From contig OY969763.1 in the NCBI GenBank assembly GCA_963702845.1, forward strand, positions 3,648,001 to 3,712,000: a stretch of 64,000 nucleotides of DNA, read 5' to 3'. Shown piece by piece: positions 19,311-29,450 of the stretch (the stretch's first letter is position 1; the number at the start of each line of letters is the position of its first letter). The stretch is from an uncultured Verrucomicrobiae bacterium. GTDB taxonomy: Bacteria > Verrucomicrobiota > Verrucomicrobiia > Limisphaerales > Palsa-1400. Below the pieces are notes generated by a model that saw only the letters and a program-made list of their open reading frames with translations, was not told the origin of the DNA and did not search any database. The position numbers were made by a program, and so were the translations under genes.

Positions 19311-19418
19311 CGTGACCCCGTGTGGGGCTGCGACTCAACCCTTCATGACATCTGACCGCGGGTTGACGCTGCGTTTACAATCCTTTGGTCAGCGGCCCGG
19401 CGGTCGCTGAGCTGAACG

Positions 19419-19535
19419 TTAAAGCCCCCTCAACCTCCCCTGAATAATCACGCGCGGCTTCGTTGCGACCAGATACCGCAACGCATTCGCCGTATCGTCT
19501 CCGCCGACCCCATCGTCGTCGGCATCGACCCGTTC
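19419..19535 (-). pseudogene. Short remnant resembling the C-terminus of a phage terminase large subunit
   Basis: Minus-strand translation ERVDADDDGVGGDDTANALRYLVATKPRVIIQGRLRGL*; resembles the DDxxDALRY nuclease motif (here D>N). Recognition from memory only. Confidence 0.5.
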
Positions 19536-19629
19536 GAGAGCGCGCAACGCAGAAAAAGCAACTGACTATTTTACACAAAATGAGCCAAGCCACTACACCG
19601 CAACCTCTTCCTCCAAAAACAAAAAATTT

Positions 19630-19654
19630 CACTTAGACAGCCTTTGTCCAAGTG
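19630..19654. promoter_or_regulatory. Operator-like inverted repeat
   Basis: CACTTAGACA-N5-TGTCCAAGTG (9/10 symmetric), just upstream of the phased-repeat region. Confidence 0.45.
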
Positions 19655-19856
19655 ACCTTGTTAGACTTCTCTTCGAAAAGTATATGACATGAACATAAAT
19701 ACGAACAACGCCACCGCCGCAAGCGACCTGCCCTCAACCGCGTCTGCCGCCGTGCGTCACCATAGTAACGGCGTCGACCAACCTCAGAACTATCAAATTT
19801 CGAATCTCAAATCGCCGAAAAATCAAACTCCGACACCACAAAAACAACCGACGAAT

Positions 19857-20275
19857 CCGCGCCAAACTGCACCAAACCGCGGGAAATCTGACCAACAAAA
19901 TAATCGGAGCCAAAGCTGGCGATGTGGAATGTCACCAACTGTCACTAAATGTCACCGATTTTTTAATCCAGCCTTCTGGATTCCGAATCCTTCGCTTCCT
20001 TCGCGTTCTTCGCGCGAAATCCCTTCGGACACCGGCGGACACCTCTGGACTCAATTTAAAAAAGATAGTTTAACGATCGGATGTCCGGCATGTCACCTTC
20101 TGACACCTTCTGTCGGCTTTTGTCGCCTTCTGACATCAAAAAAAGGATTCTTTTTCATTTTCGAGCCATCGGCGGGAGTAGAAAAATTAAACTCCTGCTG
20201 CACAGAACCACGCGCGCTCAATGGAGGAATTAAACTTCTTTAAACTTCTTTAACCCTAAAAAAAGGAATCCTTTA
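19857..20275. repeat. Cluster of five different 10-bp-period direct-repeat modules, each followed by an A/T tract
   Basis: Modules start at 19857, 19930, 20027, 20091 and 20231 (sequences given in findings). Confidence 0.8.
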
Positions 20276-20473
20276 TTTTAACGTGACTTCCACAAATCGA
20301 AACCGACCTCAACTAAACCAATGAATACTGACACAGAGTTTTTGACAACGACCCATCGGCGATTTCAGGCCAAGCCCTATGCCATTTAAATATTTCCACC
20401 ACATCGGAATGCGAAAAAATATATCGGATTGGCCGCAATTTTTGGCTACGTTGCTACGTCTAATCGTTTGACC

Positions 20474-23400
20474 ATGTTCGCGTACTTTAAAATGGCCTTC
20501 GTTTTTTCTGCTGCCTTGCTGCTCACGCTCAAGGTTGCGGCAGAACCGCTTCGCTTCAACCACGACATTCGTCCAATCCTGAGCGACAACTGTTTTCGCT
20601 GCCACGGCCCCGATAAAAATCAGCGCAAAAAAGGTATGCGCCTGGATGTCCGCGAAGATGCTCTTCAACATAAAGCCTTTGTTCCTGGCAAGCCCGAGGA
20701 TAGCAAACTCGTCACCCGCATCTTCTCGACTGATCCCGATGAGCTGATGCCTCCACCCAACTCGAATAAGAAACTCACCGACGAACAAAAGAATATCCTC
20801 AAGCGTTGGGTCACTGAAGGCGGACAATACGAACCGCACTGGGCCTATATTAAACCGGTCAAAGCGCCCTTGCCCACGGTCAAAGACAAGCAGTGGGTTA
20901 AAAATCCAATCGACACTTTTGTCCTGCACGAGTTGGAAGTAAAAAAATGGAAGCCGTCTCCTGAAGCAGACAAACGCACGTTGCTCCGTCGGCTCAGCCT
21001 CGATCTGACCGGATTGCCACCAAGCATCGAAGAGGTGAACGCTTTCCTGCACGACAAGAGCGCGAACGCTTACGAAAAACAAGTCGATCGCCTGCTCGCG
21101 TCGCCGCACTTCGGCGAATGCATGGCCGTTCCCTGGCTCGATGCCGCGCGTTTCACCGACACCGTTGGTTATCACGGTGACCAGAATGAACGCATCTTCC
21201 CCTACCGCGATTACGTCATTAATTCGTTCAACAAAAACAAACCGTTCAACCAATTTGCCATCGAACAGCTCGCCGGTGACCTCTTACCGAAACCGACCGA
21301 CGAACAGATGGTTGCCACCGGCTTTAATCGTTTGAACATGATGACGCGCGAAGGCGGCGCACAAGCGAAAGAATATCTCGCGAAATATGGCGCAGACCGC
21401 GTCCGCACTGTGTCCGGCGCGTTCCTCGGTTCAACGATGGCTTGCTGCGAGTGTCACGATCACAAATATGATCCATTCAAGACGCGCGATTTCTATTCGA
21501 TGAAGGCGTTCTTCGCCGACATCAAGCAATGGGGAGTTTATTCGGATTACGGTTACACTCCTAATCCGGAACTAAAAGGTTTCGGCAACGAACATCCGTT
21601 CCCGCCTGAAATCGAAGTCCCCAGCCCATATCTGCAGGCACGCCTGACCAATTTCCAGAATCGCATCGATACAGCCATTACAGCGTCATCGAAGAAGATG
21701 ACAAAAAAACAAAAGCAGGATTTCGACGCCTGGCGTAACTGGTCTCTCACTTTCATCAAGACCGAAACCAACGGTTGGGTTACGCCCAAACCATCGGTGA
21801 AGTACGCAAAGAAAGAAATGAACACCGAGCCGAACACGAACTTTCTAGTTGAAGCGAATGGCAATATCCAATTCCTCGGCAAACCGGGCGAGACGGATGT
21901 TTCCCTTTCCCTCAGCAATACTGTTTGGCTCTCGGCGATCCGCGTCGAGTTGCTCTCGGATAAGAAACTAAGTCCCACTTCGACGAAGCGCCGCGAAAAA
22001 GACGCCAGCATCTCGTTCACCGCCGACCTTGAGCAAAACGGGCAACCGAAAACGATCGGGTTTCACCATGCCGAAGCCGACCACAAACAGGAACGGTTCT
22101 CAAACGGGGCTTCTACAGTCGGTGTCGAAGACATGTGGAAACCAGATCCCGATCGCACCAACGAACTTCAAACCGCCGTCTGGGTGTTGCAGAACCCGAT
22201 GCACGTATCGCAGGTTTCTCCCGATGCAATCGGGACCGTATCGCAGGTTTCCAAACCTGCCGTATCGCAGGCTTCCAAGCCTGCAGGGACAAATAGCGCA
22301 ACCAACTCCAGTCCCACCCTCCACCTCCACTTCAAAGAAAACGGCATCGCTGCCATCCGCATTTCCGTTTCACCCTTCGCTGCCGCTGCTCCGCTTGAAA
22401 GCGGTGCCCCCGCAACTGTCGTCAAAGCGCTCCACGCCCATTTCGGCGCCGACCGCGTGCGATTGCAAACCACTTACTTCCTAAGTACCGCGTGGGACAC
22501 GAACACTTTGGCTGACGTTCGCAAATTGGAACGCGAAGCTCTCGAATGCCGCAACGGACGCGCGTTCACCATGGTGACAAAAGAAATGGAACCAATGGTC
22601 ACACACATTCTGCCTCGCGGTAATTGGCAGGACGACAGCGCTCCGATTGTGCAACCCGCGATCCCCGAGTTTCTGCCGACCATTGCGAATCCAACCAATC
22701 GACGCCTGACACGGCTGGATTTGGCCAAGTGGATTGTGTCCCGTGAAAATCCCCTCACCTCACGCGCGATCGTTAATCGCATGTGGAAACAATTTTTCGG
22801 GACCGGCATTTCCACGACCGTTGAAGATCTTGGCACACAAGGCGACCCACCGAGCCATCCCGAGTTGCTCGATTGGCTTGCAGTGGAATTCCAGGACAGC
22901 CACTGGGACGTGAAACATATGGTCAAACTCTTAGTCATGTCCTCGACCTATCGTCAGGCCTCCAACCTGCGCTCTCCGATGCGGGAGGAAGACCCGAACA
23001 ATCGCCTGATCTCGGCCCAATCTCCGCGCCGTCTCGACGCCGAATTCGTCCGCGACAACGCATCTGACCATTTCCGGCCTGATTAATTTGCAAATCGGCG
23101 GCCCGAGCGCGTTCCCCTATCAACCCGCCGGCTACTACGCCAACATTCAATTTCCTGATCGCGATTACATCGCCGACAAAGACGAACGCCAATATCGCCG
23201 CGGCATTTACGCACACTGGCAACGCACCTTCCTCCAACCAATGCTGGCCAACTTCGATGCGCCCGCGCGCGAAGAATCCGTCTGCACCCGCAACATCTCG
23301 AACTCTCCGCAACAAGCGCTCACATTGTTAAACGATCCAACGTTCGTTGAATCAGCGCGCGTCTTCGCTCAAGACGTCTTAACCCAAAGGAAAAAAAGCG

Positions 23401-23651
23401 ATGGAGACCGTTTGGAATATGCGTTCGAAAAAGCCCTCGCCCGTCCGGTGAAACAAAAAGAAAAAGATTCATTGCTCGGTTTCCTGAACACACAACGCTT
23501 CGACGTTTCGGAACACAAAGACGATCCGGATAAGTTTCTGCACATCGGATTGGCAACCCCGTCCGGCACACTCGACAAAAACGAGCTCACCGCGTGGACG
23601 GAAGTTTGCCGAGTGATTTTGAACCTGCACGAAACCATCACGCGTTATTGA
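20474..23651 (+). CDS. Planctomycete cytochrome c + DUF1549 + DUF1553 protein; +1 frameshift near 23063; in-frame REP insertion
   Basis: IRPILSDNCFRCHGPD, NPIDTFV, LLRRLSLDLTGLPP, CCECHDHKYDP, PSHPELLDWLA, RRLDAEFVRDNA/LTISGL, SPQQALTLLND, VILNLHETITR. Confidence 0.92.
22205..22285 (+). repeat. REP triplet inserted in-frame in the DUF1553 gene
   Basis: Three GTATCGCAGG... units (33+24+24 = 81 bp) encoding VSQVSPDAIGTVSQVSKPAVSQASKPA. Confidence 0.88.
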
Positions 23652-23652
23652 T

Positions 23653-25109
23653 ATGAATCATTTTGATCCAGACAAATTCGCGCAATCAATCAACCGCCGT
23701 ACTTTTTTGCGGAACGCCGCCTACGGTCTCGGCGGCCTCGCATTGGCTTCCTTACTTGATCCCGCCATCCTGAGCGGCGCACAAGCGGCGATAGTGAAAA
23801 ACGGCAAATGGCACGGCATCGTCAATCCACCGCACTATCCGATTCGCGCGCGCCGAATCATTCATCTCTGCATGGCCGGCGGCGCCTCACATCTCGAAAG
23901 CTTTGACTACAAACCGAAGCTCAAAGAACTCGACGGCAAACCATTTCCTGAATCCTTCACCAAAGGCCAACAACTCGCGCAGTTGCAAGGCGCAACCCTG
24001 AAAGCACGCGGCCCGTTCTGCGAGTTCAAGAAATTTGGCAAATCCGGCCAGGAAATTTCCACACTCTTTCCCGCACATCGGTAGCATCGCGGACAAAATC
24101 TGCATCGTCCGCTCCATGCACACCGAGCAGATCAATCACGATCCCGCGCATGCATTCATGAATAGCGGCTCGATCATCAAAGGCCGTCCCAGCATGGGTT
24201 CATGGTTGCTTTATGGACTCGGCGCTGAGACCGACAACCTGCCCGGCTTCGTGGTTCTGACGTCGCGTGGCAAATCCGGGACTGCAACCCATCTCCGCTC
24301 GCCAATGGTCCAGTGGATTTCTGAAGAGCAAATTCCAGGGCATACTCTTTCAATCCAAAGGCAATCCCGTTCACTACGTCGGCAATCCCGACGGCGTTTG
24401 CCAAAGTACGCAACGTCAGGTCATCGAAGAAATCAATCGCCTCAACGGCATCGCGAACGATGATCATTACGATCCGGAAATTCAAACCCGCATCAGCCAA
24501 TACGAACTGGCGTTCCGGATGCAGACCTCGATTCCAGAGCTGACTGATTTCAAAACCGAGCCGCAAAACATTCTCGACCTGTACGGCATCAAAGAACCCG
24601 GCGACGGCACCTTCGCCTCCAACTGCCTTCTCGCCCGACGTCTTGCCGAACGCGGCGTCCGCTTCATCCAGCTCTACCATCGCGCTTGGGACCATCACAA
24701 CAACATCGAACCCGATTTCCCGGTCGCCGCCAAAGACGTCGACCAGGCCTCTGCGGCACTCGTCAAAGATCTGGATCAACGCGGCCTGCTTGATGACACG
24801 CTGATTTTGTGGGGTGGAGAATTCGGTCGCACTCCAATGGGCCAGGGCACAGGCCGCGACCATCACATCAATGCGTTTTCAGTTTGGATGGCCGGTGGCG
24901 GCGTCAAAGGCGGACTCACGTGGGGCCAGACAGACGAACTCGGTTACAAATACATCGACGACAATCAGAAGATGCACGTGCATGATTTGCACGCCACAAT
25001 GATGCGTCTCTGCGGCATCGATCACAAACGGCTGACCTATCGGTTCCAAGGCCGCGACTTCCGCCTAACCGATGTTTCGGGTGAAGCAGCGACGGGCATC
25101 ATTGCTTGA
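23653..25109 (+). CDS. DUF1501 (sulfatase-like) Tat protein; frameshifts near 24072 and 24280
   Basis: NRRTFL, MAGGASHLESFDYKP, GRPSMGSW, CLLARRLAERGVRFIQ, WDHH, WGGEFGRTP, GRDFRLTDV. Confidence 0.92.
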
Positions 25110-26886
25110 TGCGATAAAACCGCAGCGGCATCTTCGACGAGTTCGTGTCGGTGAACTGCACCGTCGCACTCGTGGTGTTAGTCAGCGTGACCCAATGCAC
25201 CATGTCAGTCGAAGCCTCGAGAACATTCGTTTTATTGACCGTTCCCATCGCCAGCACCTGGAAACCGGGTGCGCTCCACTTTGCCGCCTCCATCAAAACA
25301 TCACACTTCGTTTCGCCAGCTCCGACATCAAACCCGGTCCCCTGCGCAATTGGCACGCCATAAAAATCCTGTTTACCAACATTGATGCCGACCAACTTCG
25401 GCAGGTTCAACGCAGCGTCCAGCATCGGCGAATTCGTCTGCAATTTGTAAGCGGCCAACGCGGTCAACAACGTCGCGTCATTCAAAATTGCACCGCCGCC
25501 CGCATTCGCTAGCTTCGGATCCAAATTGAAACCCACGTTCGTTGTGCCGAGCTTCTCTCGGCCGGTCGATGTCTGCCAATTGGAAAATCCAGAATACGAT
25601 TTACCACCGTCCACAATCGCAAACGCGCCACTGCCCGGCCAATAATCATTGCCTTGCAACACAAGCCCACTCTGTCCGCTCGCGATCCACGCCAACTGCG
25701 CGCCACCACTCGTTTGCAAGATATTGTTATGAATGTGCGAATTGACCACGCCCGTTGCCAACAACAACGCCACCGGTGTTGGCGAAGTATCGCCCATGTA
25801 AACGGTGTTGTTGAAGATCGACGCGTCCGTGATTGCGCCGTAGGTGTGAATGCCGCCGTAGCCATTTTTCCGGCCATCGTTTTGGCTGATGTTGTAACGA
25901 ATGACGTTGCCGCTGTTATTGCCGTCGCAGCAGAGCAAGTAACCAGCACCATCGTTATCGTGCGAGTAATTGTATTGGATGATTGAATTCTTTGTATCGA
26001 TGTCGAGGTCCAGGCCGCCGCCGTCGTGCGCGCCCGACGTGTGATTGTGGTGTGACTCGTTGAACTGCAATGTCACGAATTGCGCGTCGTACGTCCAAAT
26101 TCCAACGGGCCCTTCGCCTTGCACGAGATTATTTTTACCATTGTCGTGCGCGACACAATATTCAACGAGCGCGCCGCTAACATCCCCGAGAACGATTCCG
26201 TTGCCCGTATTTCCAGTTGCCGCCGGGTCGCCAAAATTGTTGTAGGCCTGGCAATAGCCGACATACACGTTGGTGTGCGCGTAAGACGCTTGCGCGTAAA
26301 AGGTAATTCCACCCTTCAAATTATCATGGGAGGAGCAGCCTACGATCGTCACGTTGCTGTAACACGTTCCCCCGCTCCATGCGCCAATGGAAATGCCAAA
26401 CCCGCCGAAACCACTCACTTCGACCTGACTGATCGTTACGCCGGGAAGCACGACGTTATTTTTCAAATCAGTGAAAAAGCTGACACCATCTGTCGTGTTC
26501 ACCGTCGAACCGCTGCCGACAAAATTTAAATTCGAGACGCTCAAGCCCGAACAATTGTAGGCATAAAATCCAATGCCGCTTCCGGCGTTAATGGTCGCGC
26601 GGCCTGTCCCGTATGAGGACACAGTGATCGGGTTTGCAACAGTTCCTTTGTCGGAAGCGTCGAAATTTAAACTGCCGCTGAAACTCTGGCCTCCGGCAAA
26701 TAAAATGACGTCACCAGCGGCAAAACTGGTTCCATTCACTTTGGTGAGCGTCTTCCACGGAGCGCTGCTGGACGTGCCTGCGTTCTTATCATTCCCTGTT
26801 GGGGCGACGTAGTAAGTCATCGCCTGTGCAACAGAACAGACGAGTAACAGCAGAATTAATTGGAGCCCTAAAATCCTCGACCTCAT
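25099..26886 (-). CDS. Secreted right-handed beta-helix (pectin-lyase-like) protein
   Basis: Signal peptide, TYYVAPTGND...PWKTL, DGGGLDLD, N-rich repeats, C-terminal LEASTD..W..L...FTD...RFYR module. Confidence 0.85.
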   Translation of the reverse strand: MRSRILGLQLILLLLVCSVAQAMTYYVAPTGNDKNAGTSSSAPWKTLTKVNGTSFAAGDVILFAGGQSFSGSLNFDASDKGTVANPITVSSYGTGRATINAGSGIGFYAYNCSGLSVSNLNFVGSGSTVNTTDGVSFFTDLKNNVVLPGVTISQVEVSGFGGFGISIGAWSGGTCYSNVTIVGCSSHDNLKGGITFYAQASYAHTNVYVGYCQAYNNFGDPAATGNTGNGIVLGDVSGALVEYCVAHDNGKNNLVQGEGPVGIWTYDAQFVTLQFNESHHNHTSGAHDGGGLDLDIDTKNSIIQYNYSHDNDGAGYLLCCDGNNSGNVIRYNISQNDGRKNGYGGIHTYGAITDASIFNNTVYMGDTSPTPVALLLATGVVNSHIHNNILQTSGGAQLAWIASGQSGLVLQGNDYWPGSGAFAIVDGGKSYSGFSNWQTSTGREKLGTTNVGFNLDPKLANAGGGAILNDATLLTALAAYKLQTNSPMLDAALNLPKLVGINVGKQDFYGVPIAQGTGFDVGAGETKCDVLMEAAKWSAPGFQVLAMGTVNKTNVLEASTDMVHWVTLTNTTSATVQFTDTNSSKMPLRFYRIKQ

Positions 26887-26924
26887 TGGTCAGAGGATTT
26901 AGCAGGCCAGATGCCATCGGACGC

Positions 26925-29123
26925 TTATTTGGTCAGATAATATTTGTGCGTGTAATCCTGCACCATGCGCCATGTATTGTATTTAGGCACAAGCGTGGCC
27001 ATGGCGCGGCGAATCATTTTGATCCAGCGCCGAGGAATGCCTTGAGCATCACGTTCGTAGAAGCACGGGATGACTTGTTGAGTGAGCGTCTTGTAAAGGT
27101 TCGCGCTATCGCGTTGGTCCTGCTCTTCCACGGACGCGGGATGGCTGTCATCGCCAATCGCAAAACCGTTGGTCCCGTCGTAATCCTTCCCGCCACCAAC
27201 CGTCGAGAATGCTCAAGTTCAAGCAACCATGACAGCCGGCCTTTTGCCCGCTGGTGCCGGACGCTTCGAGCGGCCGGCGCGGGTTGTTCAACCAGACATC
27301 GCAACCGGAAACCATCTGGCGGGCCACATGCACATCGTAGTTTTCGAGGAAAACAAGATTGCCTTTGAGTTCGCTGTATTTGCTCAGGTGAATGATGCGT
27401 TGGATGTAACGCTTGCCTTCATCATCGCGAGGATGGGCTTTGCCGGCGAAAATAAATTGGACGGGCCGTTTGGTATCCTGAATCAGTTTCACCACGTTTT
27501 CGAACTGATCGAAAATCAGCGGCGCACGTTTGTAGGTCGCAAATCGACGCGCGAAACCGATGGTCAACGCATCCGGGTTCAGCAATTGGTCAAATGCAAT
27601 GAAGTCGGACTGCGACAGGCGCTGGCCTTGAATGAGCAGGCGTCGACGAGCAAACTCAATTAATTCGCGGCGAAGCCTGTAGCGCAAGGCCCAGAGTTCT
27701 TCATCAGAAAGGAAGTTGTGATCCTCCATCTTCTTCCAGAAATCCTCTGAATTAACTTCGCGCTCCAACGAAATAGTGCCGTTGGATCGCGAAAAAGCAG
27801 TCGATTCGGCGCGATTACCCGACAGCGATCCCGCTCCCGAAAGTTTGCGCTGCCAGAATTTTCGGACCGGCCCCTTCATCCAGCCCGTCAGATGAATGCC
27901 GTTGGTGATAGAACCGATCGGCACATCTTCCACCTTCCGGTCAGGCCACATGCAATGCCACATCTCGCGACTGACCTGGCCATGCAGTTCACTGACACCA
28001 TTGGCGGCGCGCGAAAATTTCAAACCCAGCACAGTCATGCAAAATGGCTCGTGCTCGTTCTTCGGATCAACGCGGCCAAGGCCCATCAATTCGTCGATGG
28101 ACATGTTGAGTTGCGCGAGAAATTTCGGCATCGCGTAATGCATCAAATCTTTGTTGAAACGGTCATGGCCCGCTTCAACTGGCGTGTGCGTGGTGAAAAT
28201 ACATTGCGCCTTCGTCGCAGCTTTCGCCTGCTCAAGCGACATTCCTTCGTCCAACTTTTCGCGCGCGAGTTCGAGCGTCAGAAACGCGGCATGACCTTCG
28301 TTCATGTGGAACACTGAGGGTTTCACGCCGAGCGCGCGCAACAATCGCACACCGCCGATGCCAAGAACGATTTCCTGCATGATGCGCATCGTGTTATCGC
28401 CGCCATAAACACGACGTGTCAAATCACGATGATGCTGCGAATTCTCAGGACGATTGGTATCGAGCAGATAAATAATGCTGCGGCCCACGTTCACGCGCCA
28501 CGCCTGGAAAAACACATCCGTCATGTCGATCTGAACAATGCCCGACAAGCGGTTGGCCGGTTTTATCCAGCACTGGCACCATCGGCAGGTTCTGCGGGTT
28601 GAGCAGCGTGTAATATTCCATCTGCCAGTTGTCCTGATTGATCTGCTGCTGGAAATAACCCTCACGATAGAAAAGGCTGACGCCGACAAAACCAATATCC
28701 AAATCACTGGCCGATTTCGTGTGGTCACCCGCCAGAATGCCGAGGCCACCGGCGGCAATCGGCAACGTTTCGTGAAAGCCAAATTCGGCGGAAAAATAAG
28801 CGACAGGATTGTTGATGAGTGACGGCGCATGCTGACGCCCCCACGTTTCCTTCGTCGTTCATGTAGCTATCAAAATCCTGCAACACTAAACGGACGCGCC
28901 GCCCAAAATCAGGATCCAACAATCGCGCGCGGAGTTCTTCCCGGGAAACTTCGTGCAGAATCGCCACCGCGTTGTGGTAAAGGTTTTGCCAGCCGCGAGG
29001 CGATAATTCCTGGAAGATTTCCTGAGCACCCTGGTTCCACGTCCACCAGAGGTTGTGGGCCACTCGGTCGAGGGCTGTGATCGTTTCGTCGATTTCTTTC
29101 TGCGATAAAGGCGCAAGGCTCAT
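26925..29123 (-). CDS. glgP: Alpha-glucan (glycogen) phosphorylase; about three frameshifts (~28850, ~28540, ~27185)
   Basis: NLWWTW, GGLGILAGDH, FHMNEGH, FTTHTPVEAGHD, ITNGIH, RRFATYKR, EASGTSGQK, spread over successive frames. Confidence 0.93.
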
Positions 29124-29450
29124 AGCTAAGTCGTAACAGTCTACTGTCAATTCGTTTTCATAAGCTAGTCGGGGCTGGGGAGCATCGCAACCGGTTTTAC
29201 CCTGAAGGCGAATACGTGATGATCCTCAACATCGTGCCCATTTGCCAAAAATGTGACGCGCAGGCCACTACAAGAAAGGCTCACTTCGAAATACAGCATC
29301 CCCGCGCTTGTGAGACCCTAGCTGTGACTGGTTATTGGGGCCTGTGGCAATTCGCTGGTCGTGCCGAGCGAAGACTACGCGTTCGCGGCACGCTCACTCC
29401 CACTCGGAAAAAGAAATGGCGTGCACACTTGATTACGATAAAATCGCGAC

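Larger units (their letters stand above)
17697..19351 (-). mobile_element. IS110-superfamily insertion sequence with IS1111-type layout (short 5' end, ~460 bp 3' non-coding region)
   Basis: Ends defined by attC reconstruction; no target-site duplication; imperfect sub-terminal IRs ATGAAGGGTTG/ATGAGGTTTG; outward-facing TTGACA at 17713-17708. Confidence 0.88.
17675..19424 (+). mobile_element. Integron attC site 2, split by an IS (halves 17675-17696 and 19352-19424)
   Basis: Reconstructed GCCTAAC-GATGGC-GCTTCAGC-[G/T]-GACCGCGGG...CCCGGCGGTC-GCTGAGC-TGAAC-GTTAAAG. Confidence 0.82.

Noticed and set aside
19689..20243. 184-aa ORF as a confident gene
   Set aside because: Low-complexity translation running through repeats whose period (10) is not a multiple of 3; no recognisable domain.
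19857..20275. CRISPR array
   Set aside because: No constant 23-47 bp repeat with unique spacers, and no cas genes in the window.
23040..24300. Programmed ribosomal frameshifting in the DUF1553/DUF1501 genes
   Set aside because: No slippery heptamers or shared signal; similar indels are scattered across unrelated genes.
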